In this document: positions 47,482 through 57,197 of the stretch, piece by piece
How positions within the stretch are numbered: position 1 is the stretch's first letter
Layout: every line of letters starts with the position of its first letter
Assembly (NCBI GenBank): GCA_036488585.1
Contig: DASXHH010000009.1
Span: 366 to 64,365 of the forward strand
Direction: 5' to 3'
Length of the DNA: 64,000 nucleotides
Origin: Candidatus Saccharimonadia bacterium
Lineage (GTDB): Bacteria; Patescibacteriota; Saccharimonadia; UBA4664
Notes under the pieces: generated by a model
What the model saw: the letters and a program-made list of their open reading frames with translations, nothing else
The model's database searches: none
What the model was told of the DNA's origin: nothing
Position numbers and translations under genes: made by a program

Positions 47482-48725
47482 TATTTAGACCTCACCAGGA
47501 CTTCGGGCTTAATGACGGCATTATCGAGCTTTTCGAGCAATTGCTCCTCGAGCACCTTCTCGCCCATGTAGCGGGCAAATACCTCGTTCCAGAGCGATTC
47601 GCGGAAGTGGTAGAGGTAACGGTCTTGATATGACACAGCGTTGGAGTAACCGAAGCTAAGGTCAAACAGGTTGAAGGTGACGGTGTCGTGGGCGGGACCC
47701 TTAAGGACGGCCACGTAGTCCATGCCTTGCCAGAAATCTAGCTCAGGGTCAATCTCGTACAGCACCTCTTCGGCCCGGCGCCAATGTAGGTCTTCGGGTT
47801 GAAGGTGGGGCTCAAAGATTTCCGGGTGCTTTTCGTTCGTAAGCTTGCCGAAGTAGCGCTGAATGACACGCCAGTGAATACGGGTGGTGTCGGCGATTTT
47901 AACGTGAGCGGGGTCGGCGATGAGCGTGTCGGAAACAATGGCACCAAAATTCTTCTTGGCTTGCATGAGCTTAAAGAACGAACTGTAGAGGCGCACCTCG
48001 TTGAAGTAATGGCACAGCAGCGGGAGAACTTTGAGGGTAATGCCAGGCATATGGGTTTCGACCATGGGCATAACGGCGATGGCGCCCATTTCCTTGGAAT
48101 GCGTGATGTTATGGCGCTTCTTGGCAATGAAGTGCTCAGCGATATCGCCCCACTTTTCAACCGCGAACGGTACTACCTTAATGGGCCGGGTCTCAAAGTC
48201 CGTGGGCTCGAGGTCGAGATAGAGGCGATCGAAGTCGTTAAGCCAGGCGGGGTCTTCGGCGAAACGCAGGGCCAGGATAAGTTCGTAGATGTTTTCCTGT
48301 TCGAGTAGCCGTGACACCAGATGGTAACCGAGGCGTTCCATAATAGCCATGGGCGGCATGTGGCGCAGCATCTCGCGAGCCTTGTCTTCTTTCAGGAACC
48401 AACCGGACTTAGGTAACGGGGCGGCTTCAGCGGCTTTCACGATGAGCGGGATCATCTCGCGCAGATCGGTGGGGTCAGTGCCGCCAATGGAGCGGGCGGC
48501 GTGGTCATCGTCGGCGGCCACCTTTTTAATGAGGGCATCGTAGAGCTCGGGGCCGGTGGCATCTGGGCCGAGGCCGAGCCGTTTGGCGTGCGAGGCAGCT
48601 TTTTCGGTGATTTCAGCGGTGAGCTTGGCATCAACCCCTTTTTGGTGCGTTAAGAGTTCTAGCTGGTGAAGCGCATGATCGAATAGCGGTTCCTTGGCTT
48701 GTAGAAATCGTCCCAGATTAGACAT
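47481..48725 (-). CDS. hypothetical protein (~414 aa), no recognisable domain, translationally coupled between PfkB kinase and LOG-family genes
   Basis: Good GGAGG Shine-Dalgarno 6 nt before ATG 48725. Overlaps both neighbours. Confidence 0.6.
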   Translation of the reverse strand: MSNLGRFLQAKEPLFDHALHQLELLTHQKGVDAKLTAEITEKAASHAKRLGLGPDATGPELYDALIKKVAADDDHAARSIGGTDPTDLREMIPLIVKAAEAAPLPKSGWFLKEDKAREMLRHMPPMAIMERLGYHLVSRLLEQENIYELILALRFAEDPAWLNDFDRLYLDLEPTDFETRPIKVVPFAVEKWGDIAEHFIAKKRHNITHSKEMGAIAVMPMVETHMPGITLKVLPLLCHYFNEVRLYSSFFKLMQAKKNFGAIVSDTLIADPAHVKIADTTRIHWRVIQRYFGKLTNEKHPEIFEPHLQPEDLHWRRAEEVLYEIDPELDFWQGMDYVAVLKGPAHDTVTFNLFDLSFGYSNAVSYQDRYLYHFRESLWNEVFARYMGEKVLEEQLLEKLDNAVIKPEVLVRSK

Positions 48726-49701
48726 TACCAACCTCCGTTACCTTAAGCTTCATGCGTTTGATGCGCCCCGTCTTGAGAATACCGGTCTTGGCGCCCATTT
48801 GGGCCACCACGCTCGAGGCGTTGGCGCTGGCGAGCGACAGAGCGTCTTCGATGGGTAGACCCTTGGACAGTGCGGCCACGAATCCAGAGCCAAAGGCATC
48901 ACCGGCGCCGGTGCGATCCACCACCTTCACCTTCTGGTACTGACCAGCTTGGTAGAGCTTACCGTCCGCTGAGGCGTAGGAGCCGGACGCGCCATTGGTG
49001 CCGACCACATAGGGGCAGGTGTCGGCAGCGCGGAGCACGGTGTCTTTGAGGTTGTCGCCACCAAACAGAGTGGCAAGCTCCTCGGCATTGGCCTTGAGCA
49101 CGGTAACGAGAGGAAGCAGGGCGCGCAGTTTCTTGGCTTGGGCGAGTTCACCGTTGCCGGGGTCGAGAGCCACTTGGATGCCACGATTGTTGGCGTGTTT
49201 GAGCAGACGCCCGAGCAAATCTAGGTTGCCGGCCAACGAGGTAATGTAAAACCAATCGGCCTCGAGGGTGCGGATCGCGATGTCGCGAGCGCCGAGAGCG
49301 TGGGAGGGGCCTCGATAGACCAGCACGGTGCGTTCACCGGTGGGCGCCACCAACAGGACCGAGAAACCGGTGTTTAGGCGCGGGTCGTAGACAATGCGAT
49401 CGGTCGACACACCCTCTCGACGCAGCGCACGCACCACTTCCCCGCCCGCTGGGTCGTGGCCGATTTTACCGATATAGCCGGCCTCAAGACCTTGGCGGGC
49501 GAAGGTGACGGCTGCATTGGTGGCGCCGCCGCCAGTGTCGAAGTAGACATTATCGAGCTCGAGCTTGGCGCCGAGCGGGAATTGTTCAACGTAATCCCGG
49601 GTGCGAACATCGCGCCGGGCATGGAGCGCCTTGCCGGTCAGGAAGACATCCTGAGTGGCGGCGCCAAATGTGAGAATTTTGACATTCACCTCTGCCATCA
49701 C
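48718..49701 (-). CDS. PfkB-family carbohydrate/nucleoside kinase (ribokinase-like)
   Basis: DTGGGATNAAV (substrate-binding GG) and the C-terminal DRTGAGDAFGSGFVAAL ATP/anion-hole motif. Confidence 0.85.
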   Translation of the reverse strand: MMAEVNVKILTFGAATQDVFLTGKALHARRDVRTRDYVEQFPLGAKLELDNVYFDTGGGATNAAVTFARQGLEAGYIGKIGHDPAGGEVVRALRREGVSTDRIVYDPRLNTGFSVLLVAPTGERTVLVYRGPSHALGARDIAIRTLEADWFYITSLAGNLDLLGRLLKHANNRGIQVALDPGNGELAQAKKLRALLPLVTVLKANAEELATLFGGDNLKDTVLRAADTCPYVVGTNGASGSYASADGKLYQAGQYQKVKVVDRTGAGDAFGSGFVAALSKGLPIEDALSLASANASSVVAQMGAKTGILKTGRIKRMKLKVTEVGNV

Positions 49702-49825
49702 ATCTGATGATAGCAGTTATGTTTGGAAAAAAATAGTTGGTTTATAAAACTGATTAATTGATTTTTTGAGCTTTTGCTTGTATAGTTATGTCTTGTACAT
49801 AACGTACGTATAGCGTCGAGAGGAC

Positions 49826-50389
49826 GTGAGGATAATTAAGCGCGTAAGGCTCTGGATCGTAACGGCTGTCTTCGCGGCAGCTTGCATGGCGAGCAGCGGA
49901 TGTTGGCACCCGTTTACCACCTACATGCCCAACGTGCCGACGACATCCGGACCGCTAAATCCGCTACAGCAATGCTCGCAGCCGGATGGGGCCAATGCCT
50001 ACCTCGAGCTGGATGTCGAATCGCCCGACCGAATCAAGACCGTTGGCCGAGCCTTGGTCTTTACCCAGAAGCACGGCTGGGAGACGGCGCCGGCGGGGCT
50101 GATCACATTGCAATTGGTACGAATCGACGACGTTGGCCACTCGCTGCTGAGTTGGCAGACCGATTTGCATCGCATCGACTGGATGGGCGCGGCCTACCAA
50201 AGCTGGCCTGGCAGCACTCAGGTGAACACCCTGCATCCAGATGTCCTGAACAACCAGGAATTTACGGAACAAGTGATAGTTCACCCAGTGGTGGGCGAGC
50301 GGTTTGCGGTGTGGGCGGCTTTGCCCCGAGGTGCCGTGCAGGGCCTCAGCTGCTATGCGACCAACGGTCGCCAGGCGTTCCTTACCTAA
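49826..50389 (+). CDS. hypothetical lipoprotein-like secreted protein (187 aa)
   Basis: Signal peptide with lipobox-like AACMASSGC. Confidence 0.5.
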   Translation: MRIIKRVRLWIVTAVFAAACMASSGCWHPFTTYMPNVPTTSGPLNPLQQCSQPDGANAYLELDVESPDRIKTVGRALVFTQKHGWETAPAGLITLQLVRIDDVGHSLLSWQTDLHRIDWMGAAYQSWPGSTQVNTLHPDVLNNQEFTEQVIVHPVVGERFAVWAALPRGAVQGLSCYATNGRQAFLT

Positions 50390-50538
50390 CCCCTCACACT
50401 TGGCGGCGCGGACACCAGTCTGCGCCGCCAAAGCCGCAATTATTCAAACAGACCCCCAGCCCGGGGGTTTTGTGGTTTTTGACATTGTGGCGTCCAAGCC
50501 GAGCATGTGACATACATACATAACGTGAAGAGTGGCGT

Positions 50539-51024
50539 ATGCAAAGGAAATTCCGGGTGCTAGTGGTCGTGGTGGCCACAGCCGCGGCGATTTGGGGCAG
50601 CGTGTGGTGGGTTCGATATGCCTACGTGAAGCCGCCGAGGCCTGTGGCTATGACATTACCGGCAGGAGGCCCGGTGGTGATTGTGAATGGCCTGAGTATT
50701 ACGCAAAACTGCCGCCTCCCAAACGACACGATTATTACCGATTGCCCAGAGGAGGTGGCGGAGGGCGAAGTAGTGCCAGTGGGGGCCAGCCCGGTACCGG
50801 TGCCGACGCAGGGTGTGGCCGAGGAACCGGAGGCGACGTTAACTCCGGAACCCGAGACAGCCGTAGGCGGGGCAGAGCCGTGCATTACGCCGCCGGGTGC
50901 GATCTTTTCGCCGAGCTGTGCGGCCCCGCCTGGCAGCGCAGTGTTTAGCGGCGGAGGTGGGGGTGGTGGTGCACCTCAACCCTGCGTCACGCCGGCGGGC
51001 GCGATCTTTTCGCCTGGTTGCTAG
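50539..51024 (+). CDS. hypothetical membrane-anchored protein with duplicated C-terminal C(I/V)TP(P/A)GAIFSP(S/G)C motif and Gly-run
   Basis: N-terminal TM, acidic Pro/Glu-rich linker, and two near-identical Cys-flanked 15-mers. Confidence 0.5.
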   Translation: MQRKFRVLVVVVATAAAIWGSVWWVRYAYVKPPRPVAMTLPAGGPVVIVNGLSITQNCRLPNDTIITDCPEEVAEGEVVPVGASPVPVPTQGVAEEPEATLTPEPETAVGGAEPCITPPGAIFSPSCAAPPGSAVFSGGGGGGGAPQPCVTPAGAIFSPGC

Positions 51025-51304
51025 CGCGATTATTGAAACGAATTGGGACTGGGCGAGGCTGTGACGCCCGGCTGCAGACTACGTGTGGGCGATGGGCTCG
51101 GGCTGGGTGAGGCCGCGTCACTGGGGCTGGGCGACACGCTCGCGCTCGGGGTTGGTGACGGCGACGGAGTCGGGTTGGGCAAGCCTAGGAGCGCTGGCCT
51201 GGCCGAGGCGTGCCACCGCATAGATGATGGCGATCATAATGAGAATGCCGGCAAAAATGGCAACCGCGATGCTATCGGCATAGCCGCGTTCGCGTATGGA
51301 TTTT

Positions 51305-52198
51305 TTAGCGTGCCTTGCCACTGGAACCAAAGATGTCCATTTTGTTCTCAACTACGGCCTGAATAGCTTCGATAACGGGAGGCATGAGCTTTACGACAGC
51401 GAACTCGGTGGGGTGCTCGGCCAGCACTTTTTCGAGATTGGTGCGGAAGGCCTTGCGCATCTCAGAGTTGATGTTGATCTTGGAGATGCCACGTTGGACA
51501 GCTCCACGAAAATCGTCTTCGGGAGTGCCGGAGCCGCCGTGAAGCGATAGGTAGGCGGCGTCGGGGACGTCGGCGCGGATTTGCTCGAGCAGGTCCAGGT
51601 GCAACTGCTTGGGTACCGGGTAGAGGCCGTGGAGGTTGCCGATGGCGACTGCGAAGGTGTCGATGCCGGTGTCGTTAATGAACTTCACGGCCTCTTCGGG
51701 CTTCGTGAAGTATTTTTTGATGTCATCGTAGTCGATAGCTTCGGTGTGGACGTTGGAGCTGCCGCCGAAGTAGTGCGGCTCGCTCTCTACCAGTGCGCCG
51801 GTGGTCTTGGCGTAATCCACCACCTCTTTGGTGGCTGCGGTAATTTCGGCATCGGAGGCGTCACGCTTGGCTTGGCTGAGGTCGATGTGAATGAACTCGA
51901 ACCCGGCGTCGATACCGGCCTTGGCAGCCTCCACGCTGGGGCTGTGGTCGAGGTTCACGAACATTTGGATGCCATATTCGGCGCGGTAATTGTCGACCAT
52001 ACAGCGGACGTTCTGGAGGCCAAGTGCCTCGACCTCGCCGGCACTCACCTCCACTAGCACCGGCGACTTCTTGGCAGCGGCAGCTTTGGCGACAGCGATA
52101 AGGGTTTCCTGGTTGTCGATATTAAAGGCACCGAGGGCAAATTTTTCGGCTTTAGTGCGGGCGTACAGTTCACGAGCAGCTAGGATGTTGGGTTTCAT
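51305..52198 (-). CDS. fba: class II fructose-bisphosphate aldolase
   Basis: ALGAFNIDN, MFVNLDHS, IHIDLS, SLHGGSG motifs of the class II FBA/tagatose-bisphosphate aldolase family. Confidence 0.9.
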   Translation of the reverse strand: MKPNILAARELYARTKAEKFALGAFNIDNQETLIAVAKAAAAKKSPVLVEVSAGEVEALGLQNVRCMVDNYRAEYGIQMFVNLDHSPSVEAAKAGIDAGFEFIHIDLSQAKRDASDAEITAATKEVVDYAKTTGALVESEPHYFGGSSNVHTEAIDYDDIKKYFTKPEEAVKFINDTGIDTFAVAIGNLHGLYPVPKQLHLDLLEQIRADVPDAAYLSLHGGSGTPEDDFRGAVQRGISKININSEMRKAFRTNLEKVLAEHPTEFAVVKLMPPVIEAIQAVVENKMDIFGSSGKAR

Positions 52199-52367
52199 AC
52201 CTTAAGTTTACACCTGATTTTAAGCAAAAACGGCTTTCGTTCGTAAAGCTCTTGGAATATTGCAAAACTCACAATATTGTGCTATAATTATGTGCGTTGG
52301 AACTTGAAATTTCACCTCCCACATATACCTGGAAGACTCCGCAGTTCCTCGGAAAGGACCATGTACG

Positions 52368-52847
52368 ATGTACGCAACCATGCACAGCTCTGCCCGGCAG
52401 ACCACTCCCGAGCAGCGCATCGCCGGGCTGCTTATGGCAGCCGGTATGGTAGTGGGTCTGTTCTTTCTGTCGTCCTGGGGCCTCGCTACGCACCCCGCGT
52501 GGCAGCGCCCAGTTGTGGTGACAGTCGTCGGGCAGCCCGCAGTGGTCTGTACCACTGACGCCTGTCAGGAGAACGCCGACGTTGAAATCGCTGGATCCGA
52601 TAATACCTTCACCCTCTGGGGCTTGAAGGACCAATACGGCTCAGGCGACCAGATTAAGGCCTACGGCCTAATCGGCAACAACTACGGGACTGACGGGACC
52701 TCGATCATCGCAGTCTCCCAGAACCCCTACCCGCACGAGTACAGCATCTGGCCCCGGATCTCCGGATTCGTGGTCGCCTGCATCATCGGCCTCTGCTTCT
52801 TCATCTGGGGACTCTACCTGGTCTTCCGACCCACCTACAGGAGGTGA
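52368..52847 (+). CDS. hypothetical two-TM membrane protein (159 aa)
   Basis: TM at N-terminal third and C-terminus, with a Cys-containing extracytoplasmic domain. Confidence 0.5.
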   Translation: MYATMHSSARQTTPEQRIAGLLMAAGMVVGLFFLSSWGLATHPAWQRPVVVTVVGQPAVVCTTDACQENADVEIAGSDNTFTLWGLKDQYGSGDQIKAYGLIGNNYGTDGTSIIAVSQNPYPHEYSIWPRISGFVVACIIGLCFFIWGLYLVFRPTYRR

Positions 52848-53046
52848 TATCTCCCCCGTCCAACGACTGGCCGGTGGCGACGCATTCAATGCGCTCGCCC
52901 CGGCCTTTTCGCTTTAGGGAGACTGAACCGAGGTGCAATGGCGGGCATAAGCGTCATTGACAAAGTAATAATCTTAGTGTATTATATACAGAAGCTTTAC
53001 CGCTTGTTCATCCTGAGTTTAGGCAAACACCCTGAGGGGACGCAAA

Positions 53047-53613
53047 GTGAACATTCCGGTTCGTAATGTGGCGCTAGCCGGGCTCGGCGCCGCGTTGACA
53101 GTGATCGTGGCCGCGATCTTCGGTCTCGGCTTCAACCACTCAACCACCTACGTCACTACCCCGGCTAACGGCCACGCAGTCAACACTGGCCAGCAGTCGG
53201 TTGGCGGCAGCCCTTCTGCAAGCGCGTTGCCGGCCCGCCCCTGGGTAGTGTCGACCGTGGACGAAGGGACTACCCGTATGTCCTGCGCTCTCGGTCTCGT
53301 ACCGATGGACTTGCCGGTAGGCAGCCACGTCGACCCGCACGCTACCTACAACCTGACTGCCGACATCGCGTACGGGGGTGCTCAGACCGACGTCCGCCTC
53401 GCCATACATCACGCGCCCACAGCCATCGTGGCCATGATCGTTCATGCGAGCGGACCCAACGCCAACGGGCACAGCAACGACACGGAACACGACATCAACC
53501 TCAAGTCAGGCGGAAGCCTCGGGGTGCTAGTCGATACGCCCAGCAGCGTCTACGATGGCTATAACGGCATGTACAAGATCACATCGTTGGAGCTGTGTGC
53601 CGCCGCAGCTTAG
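53047..53613 (+). CDS. hypothetical N-terminally anchored secreted protein (188 aa)
   Basis: TM/signal anchor VALAGLGAALTVIVAAIFGL. Followed by a strong terminator. Confidence 0.5.
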   Translation: MNIPVRNVALAGLGAALTVIVAAIFGLGFNHSTTYVTTPANGHAVNTGQQSVGGSPSASALPARPWVVSTVDEGTTRMSCALGLVPMDLPVGSHVDPHATYNLTADIAYGGAQTDVRLAIHHAPTAIVAMIVHASGPNANGHSNDTEHDINLKSGGSLGVLVDTPSSVYDGYNGMYKITSLELCAAAA

Positions 53614-53622
53614 GACGAACGT

Positions 53623-53675
53623 GCCCGGTGGGACCTCTGTAACAGGAGGGTCCCACCGGGCCACTTTCGTTTTAT
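53623..53675. terminator. bidirectional intrinsic terminator (13-bp stem GCCCGGTGGGACC/GGTCCCACCGGGC + T-run)
   Basis: Perfect inverted repeat between convergent genes, followed by CACTTTCGTTTTA on the + strand. Confidence 0.8.
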
Positions 53676-53679
53676 GAAG

Positions 53680-54072
53680 TTATTTCGCTAAACGCTGGGC
53701 TACGAAATTACAGGCGACATAGTACAGACCGAAGAGCAGGTACATCACAAACATAAAGAGGGTGAGCTGGGTGGTGTTGTGAATGGAACCGGCGACGAGA
53801 CGGACCAGCAGTTGAGCGGTGAGTTCGGCCAGGACCATGGCGATGACAGTGGCCACTATGATGGCTTTGAACGAACGCTTGGCGCCGAGGGTAATGGTAG
53901 TGAGGATGGCTATGCCAAAGCCGTAGACGACAGCGCTGATGACGATGCCGAGGGTCTCGGCCAGGAGTTGGCTATTCATGACGGGCACGAAGGTTGAGGC
54001 TTTACTGCTCAGCCAGAAGAAGGCCATGCCGGCGACGAAGCTAACGATAAATTGGATTTCGCCTTTGGACAT
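53680..54072 (-). CDS. hypothetical 4-TM membrane protein (130 aa)
   Basis: Four hydrophobic helices. No family recognised. Confidence 0.5.
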   Translation of the reverse strand: MSKGEIQFIVSFVAGMAFFWLSSKASTFVPVMNSQLLAETLGIVISAVVYGFGIAILTTITLGAKRSFKAIIVATVIAMVLAELTAQLLVRLVAGSIHNTTQLTLFMFVMYLLFGLYYVACNFVAQRLAK

Positions 54073-54110
54073 GGTAAGAGCTTAGGCGACCGCGGGCGAA
54101 CTGTCGAGTA

Positions 54111-55097
54111 TTAATGTTTGCGCTTCAGGAGGTCTTTGGCATGGGCGGCAATGTGCCTGGCAGTGAGTCCGAAGTGCTCCAGGAGCTCGTCAGGAGCGCC
54201 GGACTCGCCGAAGCGATCAGCCATGCCCACACGCACCATTGGGACCGGGTAGTGGTCGGCCAACGCCTCGGCCACGGCGCCACCCAGACCGCCGGCAATT
54301 TGGTGCTCTTCGGCTGTAATGACGGCACCGGTCTTGCGGGCACTTGAGGTGATGGTGATCGTGTCGAGTGGCTTGATGACGGCGGCGTTTATGACCTCGG
54401 CCTCAATACCCTGTTGTTCGAGCTGATGTGCGGACATGAGCGCCTGGTATACCATGGTGCCGCAGGCCACAATCGTGAGGTCGGTGCCGGAGCGCAGCAC
54501 TTGAGCCTTGGAAAGCGAGAACGGGGTGGCGTCAGTGGTGATGACCGGGGTTTTCTCGCGTGCCAGCCTGATGTAAGCCGGACCCTTCTGATGAGCGAGT
54601 GCGATGGTGGCCTTGGCGGCCTCAACGGAGTCGGCTGGGGCGACCACGGTCATGTGAGGCAGCACGCGCATGAGAGCAATGTCTTCGAGCATCTGGTGGG
54701 TGGCCCCGTCTGGACCCACAGACACGCCGGCGTGCGAGCCCACCACCTTAACGTTGGTCTGGTTAAGGCAAACGGTGGTGCGAATTTGCTCCCAGTTGCG
54801 GCCGGGTGAGAAGGCGGCATAGCTAGAGATGAACGGCGTCTTGCCGGCTAGCGCCATCCCGGCCGCGACGGTCACCAAGTTTTGCTCGGCAATACCGATC
54901 TCCACGAAGCGCTCAGGGAAGCTTTTGGCGAACTCGTTCATCTTGGTGGACTCGGTAAGGTCGGCGCAGAGAGCCACGACGTTTTTATCGCGAGTGCCGG
55001 CCTCGAGCAGTCCACGGCCAAAACCAGCCCGGATTGGCTCCTGTTTGATTTCGGGGCTCGAGAGGTCGCGGACCAGGTGTTGCTGCGGATCAATCAT
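54111..55097 (-). CDS. tktB: transketolase, C-terminal subunit (pyrimidine-binding + C-terminal domains)
   Basis: FVEIGIAEQN, GSHAGVSVGPDGATHQ, and C-terminal domain. A separate gene from the N-terminal subunit. Confidence 0.9.
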   Translation of the reverse strand: MIDPQQHLVRDLSSPEIKQEPIRAGFGRGLLEAGTRDKNVVALCADLTESTKMNEFAKSFPERFVEIGIAEQNLVTVAAGMALAGKTPFISSYAAFSPGRNWEQIRTTVCLNQTNVKVVGSHAGVSVGPDGATHQMLEDIALMRVLPHMTVVAPADSVEAAKATIALAHQKGPAYIRLAREKTPVITTDATPFSLSKAQVLRSGTDLTIVACGTMVYQALMSAHQLEQQGIEAEVINAAVIKPLDTITITSSARKTGAVITAEEHQIAGGLGGAVAEALADHYPVPMVRVGMADRFGESGAPDELLEHFGLTARHIAAHAKDLLKRKH

Positions 55098-55256
55098 GGT
55101 CTAATAATACTTGTGCTTTTAGAAAATTACAAAACGCTTATGGCAAGCCAACTGATAGGGGCACTCGCTGGCTATTGATTTTTCTCCGTTATTATGCTAA
55201 CGTTTACATAGGCAATAAGCACAAGCGTCTTCACCGTCTTTCCGAGAGGAAAACAA

Positions 55257-55526
55257 ATGACAATGACAAGGACTGTTGCCGCTTTCGTGGGCACGCTGCC
55301 GACCGACATGATCGACGGCCCGCCCACCGATGCCCTCCAGCTAGTGCTGAACAAGCTCAGCTGCGACATCGACAGCACGCCATTCTGGCACTTCCTCTAC
55401 TACGCGGACATGCTCGCGAACGGGACCGAGATCCACCGTCTCGCCGAGAGCTACGCCGACGCAGATGACAAGGCCAAAGTCCAACGTGCGAAGAACAAGC
55501 TCGCGGTGACCGCCGCCGCCCGCTAG
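55257..55526 (+). CDS. hypothetical small protein (89 aa) encoded on the opposite strand between the two transketolase subunit genes
   Basis: GAGAGGAAAACAA Shine-Dalgarno region before the ATG. No family recognised. Confidence 0.4.
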   Translation: MTMTRTVAAFVGTLPTDMIDGPPTDALQLVLNKLSCDIDSTPFWHFLYYADMLANGTEIHRLAESYADADDKAKVQRAKNKLAVTAAAR

Positions 55527-55636
55527 CGGACCACCGCCCGTCCCACCGGGCACCCGTCCGCACTGCCGCCCATGGGGGACCTACTGCGCACGCGCAGCTA
55601 GCGTCCCTCCTGGGCGGTTCTTCAATTTAGGAGCAA

Positions 55637-56509
55637 TTATTCGTGCTCGGAGCGGATTTGGCCGCCGAGGGTGCGCAGTTCATGTAGAGCCACGCGGGCC
55701 TGATCCTTCTTCTCGGGGTCGCCGGGTAGACTGAGCGTGCCGGGCGGATTGCCATGCCAGTGATAGTCGTATTCCATGTAGTCGACACCCTTGCCGGGGA
55801 TGGTGTGGGCGATGATGGCCACCGGTGACTCAACCACCGCCTTGGCTAGGTTGCAGGCGTCGATGATGGCCTGCATGTTGTGGCCGTCGATTTCGATAAC
55901 ATGCCAGCCGAAGACCGCGAATTTCTTAGCTATATCGCCGAGCGGCATGATTTGCTCGGTGGGGCCGTCGATTTGGATGTTATTGCGGTCGATGATGGCG
56001 GTAAGGTTGGCAAGCTTGTACTTGGCCGCAAACATCACGGCTTCCCAGATATTGCCTTCGTCGAGCTCACCGTCGCCAGTAACGCAATAGACGTGAGCGC
56101 GAGAGCTGTCCATGCGTAGGGCTAGAGCGTGTCCGGCGGCCTGACTGAGGCCGGAGCCGAGCGGGCCCGAGGTGGATTCGAGGCCGGGCAGGCGCAAGCG
56201 TTCAGGGTGACCCTGGAGGCGGGAGCCGAGTTTGCGCAGAGTTTTGAGCTCCGACACCGGAAAGTAACCGGCTCGAGCCATGGTGGCGTAGCGGACCGGT
56301 ACACAATGGCCGTTGGAGAGAAACAGGCGGTCGCGGTCGGGCCAATCGGGTTGTTTTGGCCGATGGCTCATGACCTCGAAGTAGAGGGCGGTAAAGACGT
56401 CGGCGAGGCCGAGCGGGCCGGCGCTATGGCCACTCCCCGCTTCCACGAGCATCTTGACGATGTCTTGGCGGATTTCGTTGGCCTGGAGCTCGAGCTGCTT
56501 GTGGGTCAT
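55637..56509 (-). CDS. tktA: transketolase, N-terminal subunit (TPP-binding)
   Basis: GSGHSAGPLG, GHCVP and VTGDGELDEGNIWEA (TPP-binding GDG...N) motifs. Confidence 0.9.
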   Translation of the reverse strand: MTHKQLELQANEIRQDIVKMLVEAGSGHSAGPLGLADVFTALYFEVMSHRPKQPDWPDRDRLFLSNGHCVPVRYATMARAGYFPVSELKTLRKLGSRLQGHPERLRLPGLESTSGPLGSGLSQAAGHALALRMDSSRAHVYCVTGDGELDEGNIWEAVMFAAKYKLANLTAIIDRNNIQIDGPTEQIMPLGDIAKKFAVFGWHVIEIDGHNMQAIIDACNLAKAVVESPVAIIAHTIPGKGVDYMEYDYHWHGNPPGTLSLPGDPEKKDQARVALHELRTLGGQIRSEHE

Positions 56510-56558
56510 GCGTTAATCATAAGCCGTTTCGAGAGCTTTGAGGAGAGCTTGCCGATCT

Positions 56559-57197
56559 TCATGAAGTGCCCTCGGCGATGGCCTCGATGGCGACGTAGGC
56601 AATCTCGGGATCGACGGAGTCTTGGATAAACGAGCCGACGTCAAGCAGGTCGGCGCCGGCTTCTACGGCCAGGCGGGCGGTTTCCTGATTAAGCCCACCG
56701 TCCACGGCGATCTCAAGGTTGGGGTTGATGGCACGGGCTTGGCCGATCTTTTCGAGGCAGTCGCCGCGGAACTCGCCGCCATTGTGTCCGAGCCGGCCGG
56801 TAAACACCACCAGGTGGCTCACGGTTGAGAGTACGTCTTTGACCTGATCGATGGTGGTCTCGGTTTTAATGGCGAGCCCCACGCGGATTTCGAGCTGGCG
56901 CAGTTCTTTGAAGAAAGCTTCGCGGTCGAACGGCGCCTCATAGTGCACGATGACGAGCTGAGGCTGGAGGGCAATGATGTTTTCGAGCTGGGATTCCGGA
57001 TGGGCCATCATGAGATGAAGATCGAACGGCACGCCGTCGATATCGTAGACCTGAGTGAGACCAACCGATTTTTGATCCTCGAACACACCGTCGGCCACGT
57101 CAATATGCAGACGTTTGGCAAACGGCTTCACGTTGTTGATGCGGTGGGCATAGTCTTCGGGAGTGGTGGCGAGAATGGTGGGCGCGACACTAGCCAT
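56559..57197 (-). CDS. rpe: ribulose-phosphate 3-epimerase
   Basis: IAPTILA..D, HIDVADG, LHLMM, VDGGLN motifs. Start ATG 57197 (GGAGGAG SD) overlaps the rpiB stop by 8 nt. The upstream 57 codons of the raw ORF were rejected. Confidence 0.85.
   Translation of the reverse strand: MASVAPTILATTPEDYAHRINNVKPFAKRLHIDVADGVFEDQKSVGLTQVYDIDGVPFDLHLMMAHPESQLENIIALQPQLVIVHYEAPFDREAFFKELRQLEIRVGLAIKTETTIDQVKDVLSTVSHLVVFTGRLGHNGGEFRGDCLEKIGQARAINPNLEIAVDGGLNQETARLAVEAGADLLDVGSFIQDSVDPEIAYVAIEAIAEGTS

Noticed and set aside
51118-51351. 77-aa ORF with one TM overlapping the 3' end of fba
   Set aside because: It overlaps fba by 47 nt on the same strand and has no SD. This could be a real micro-protein but it is not supportable from sequence alone.
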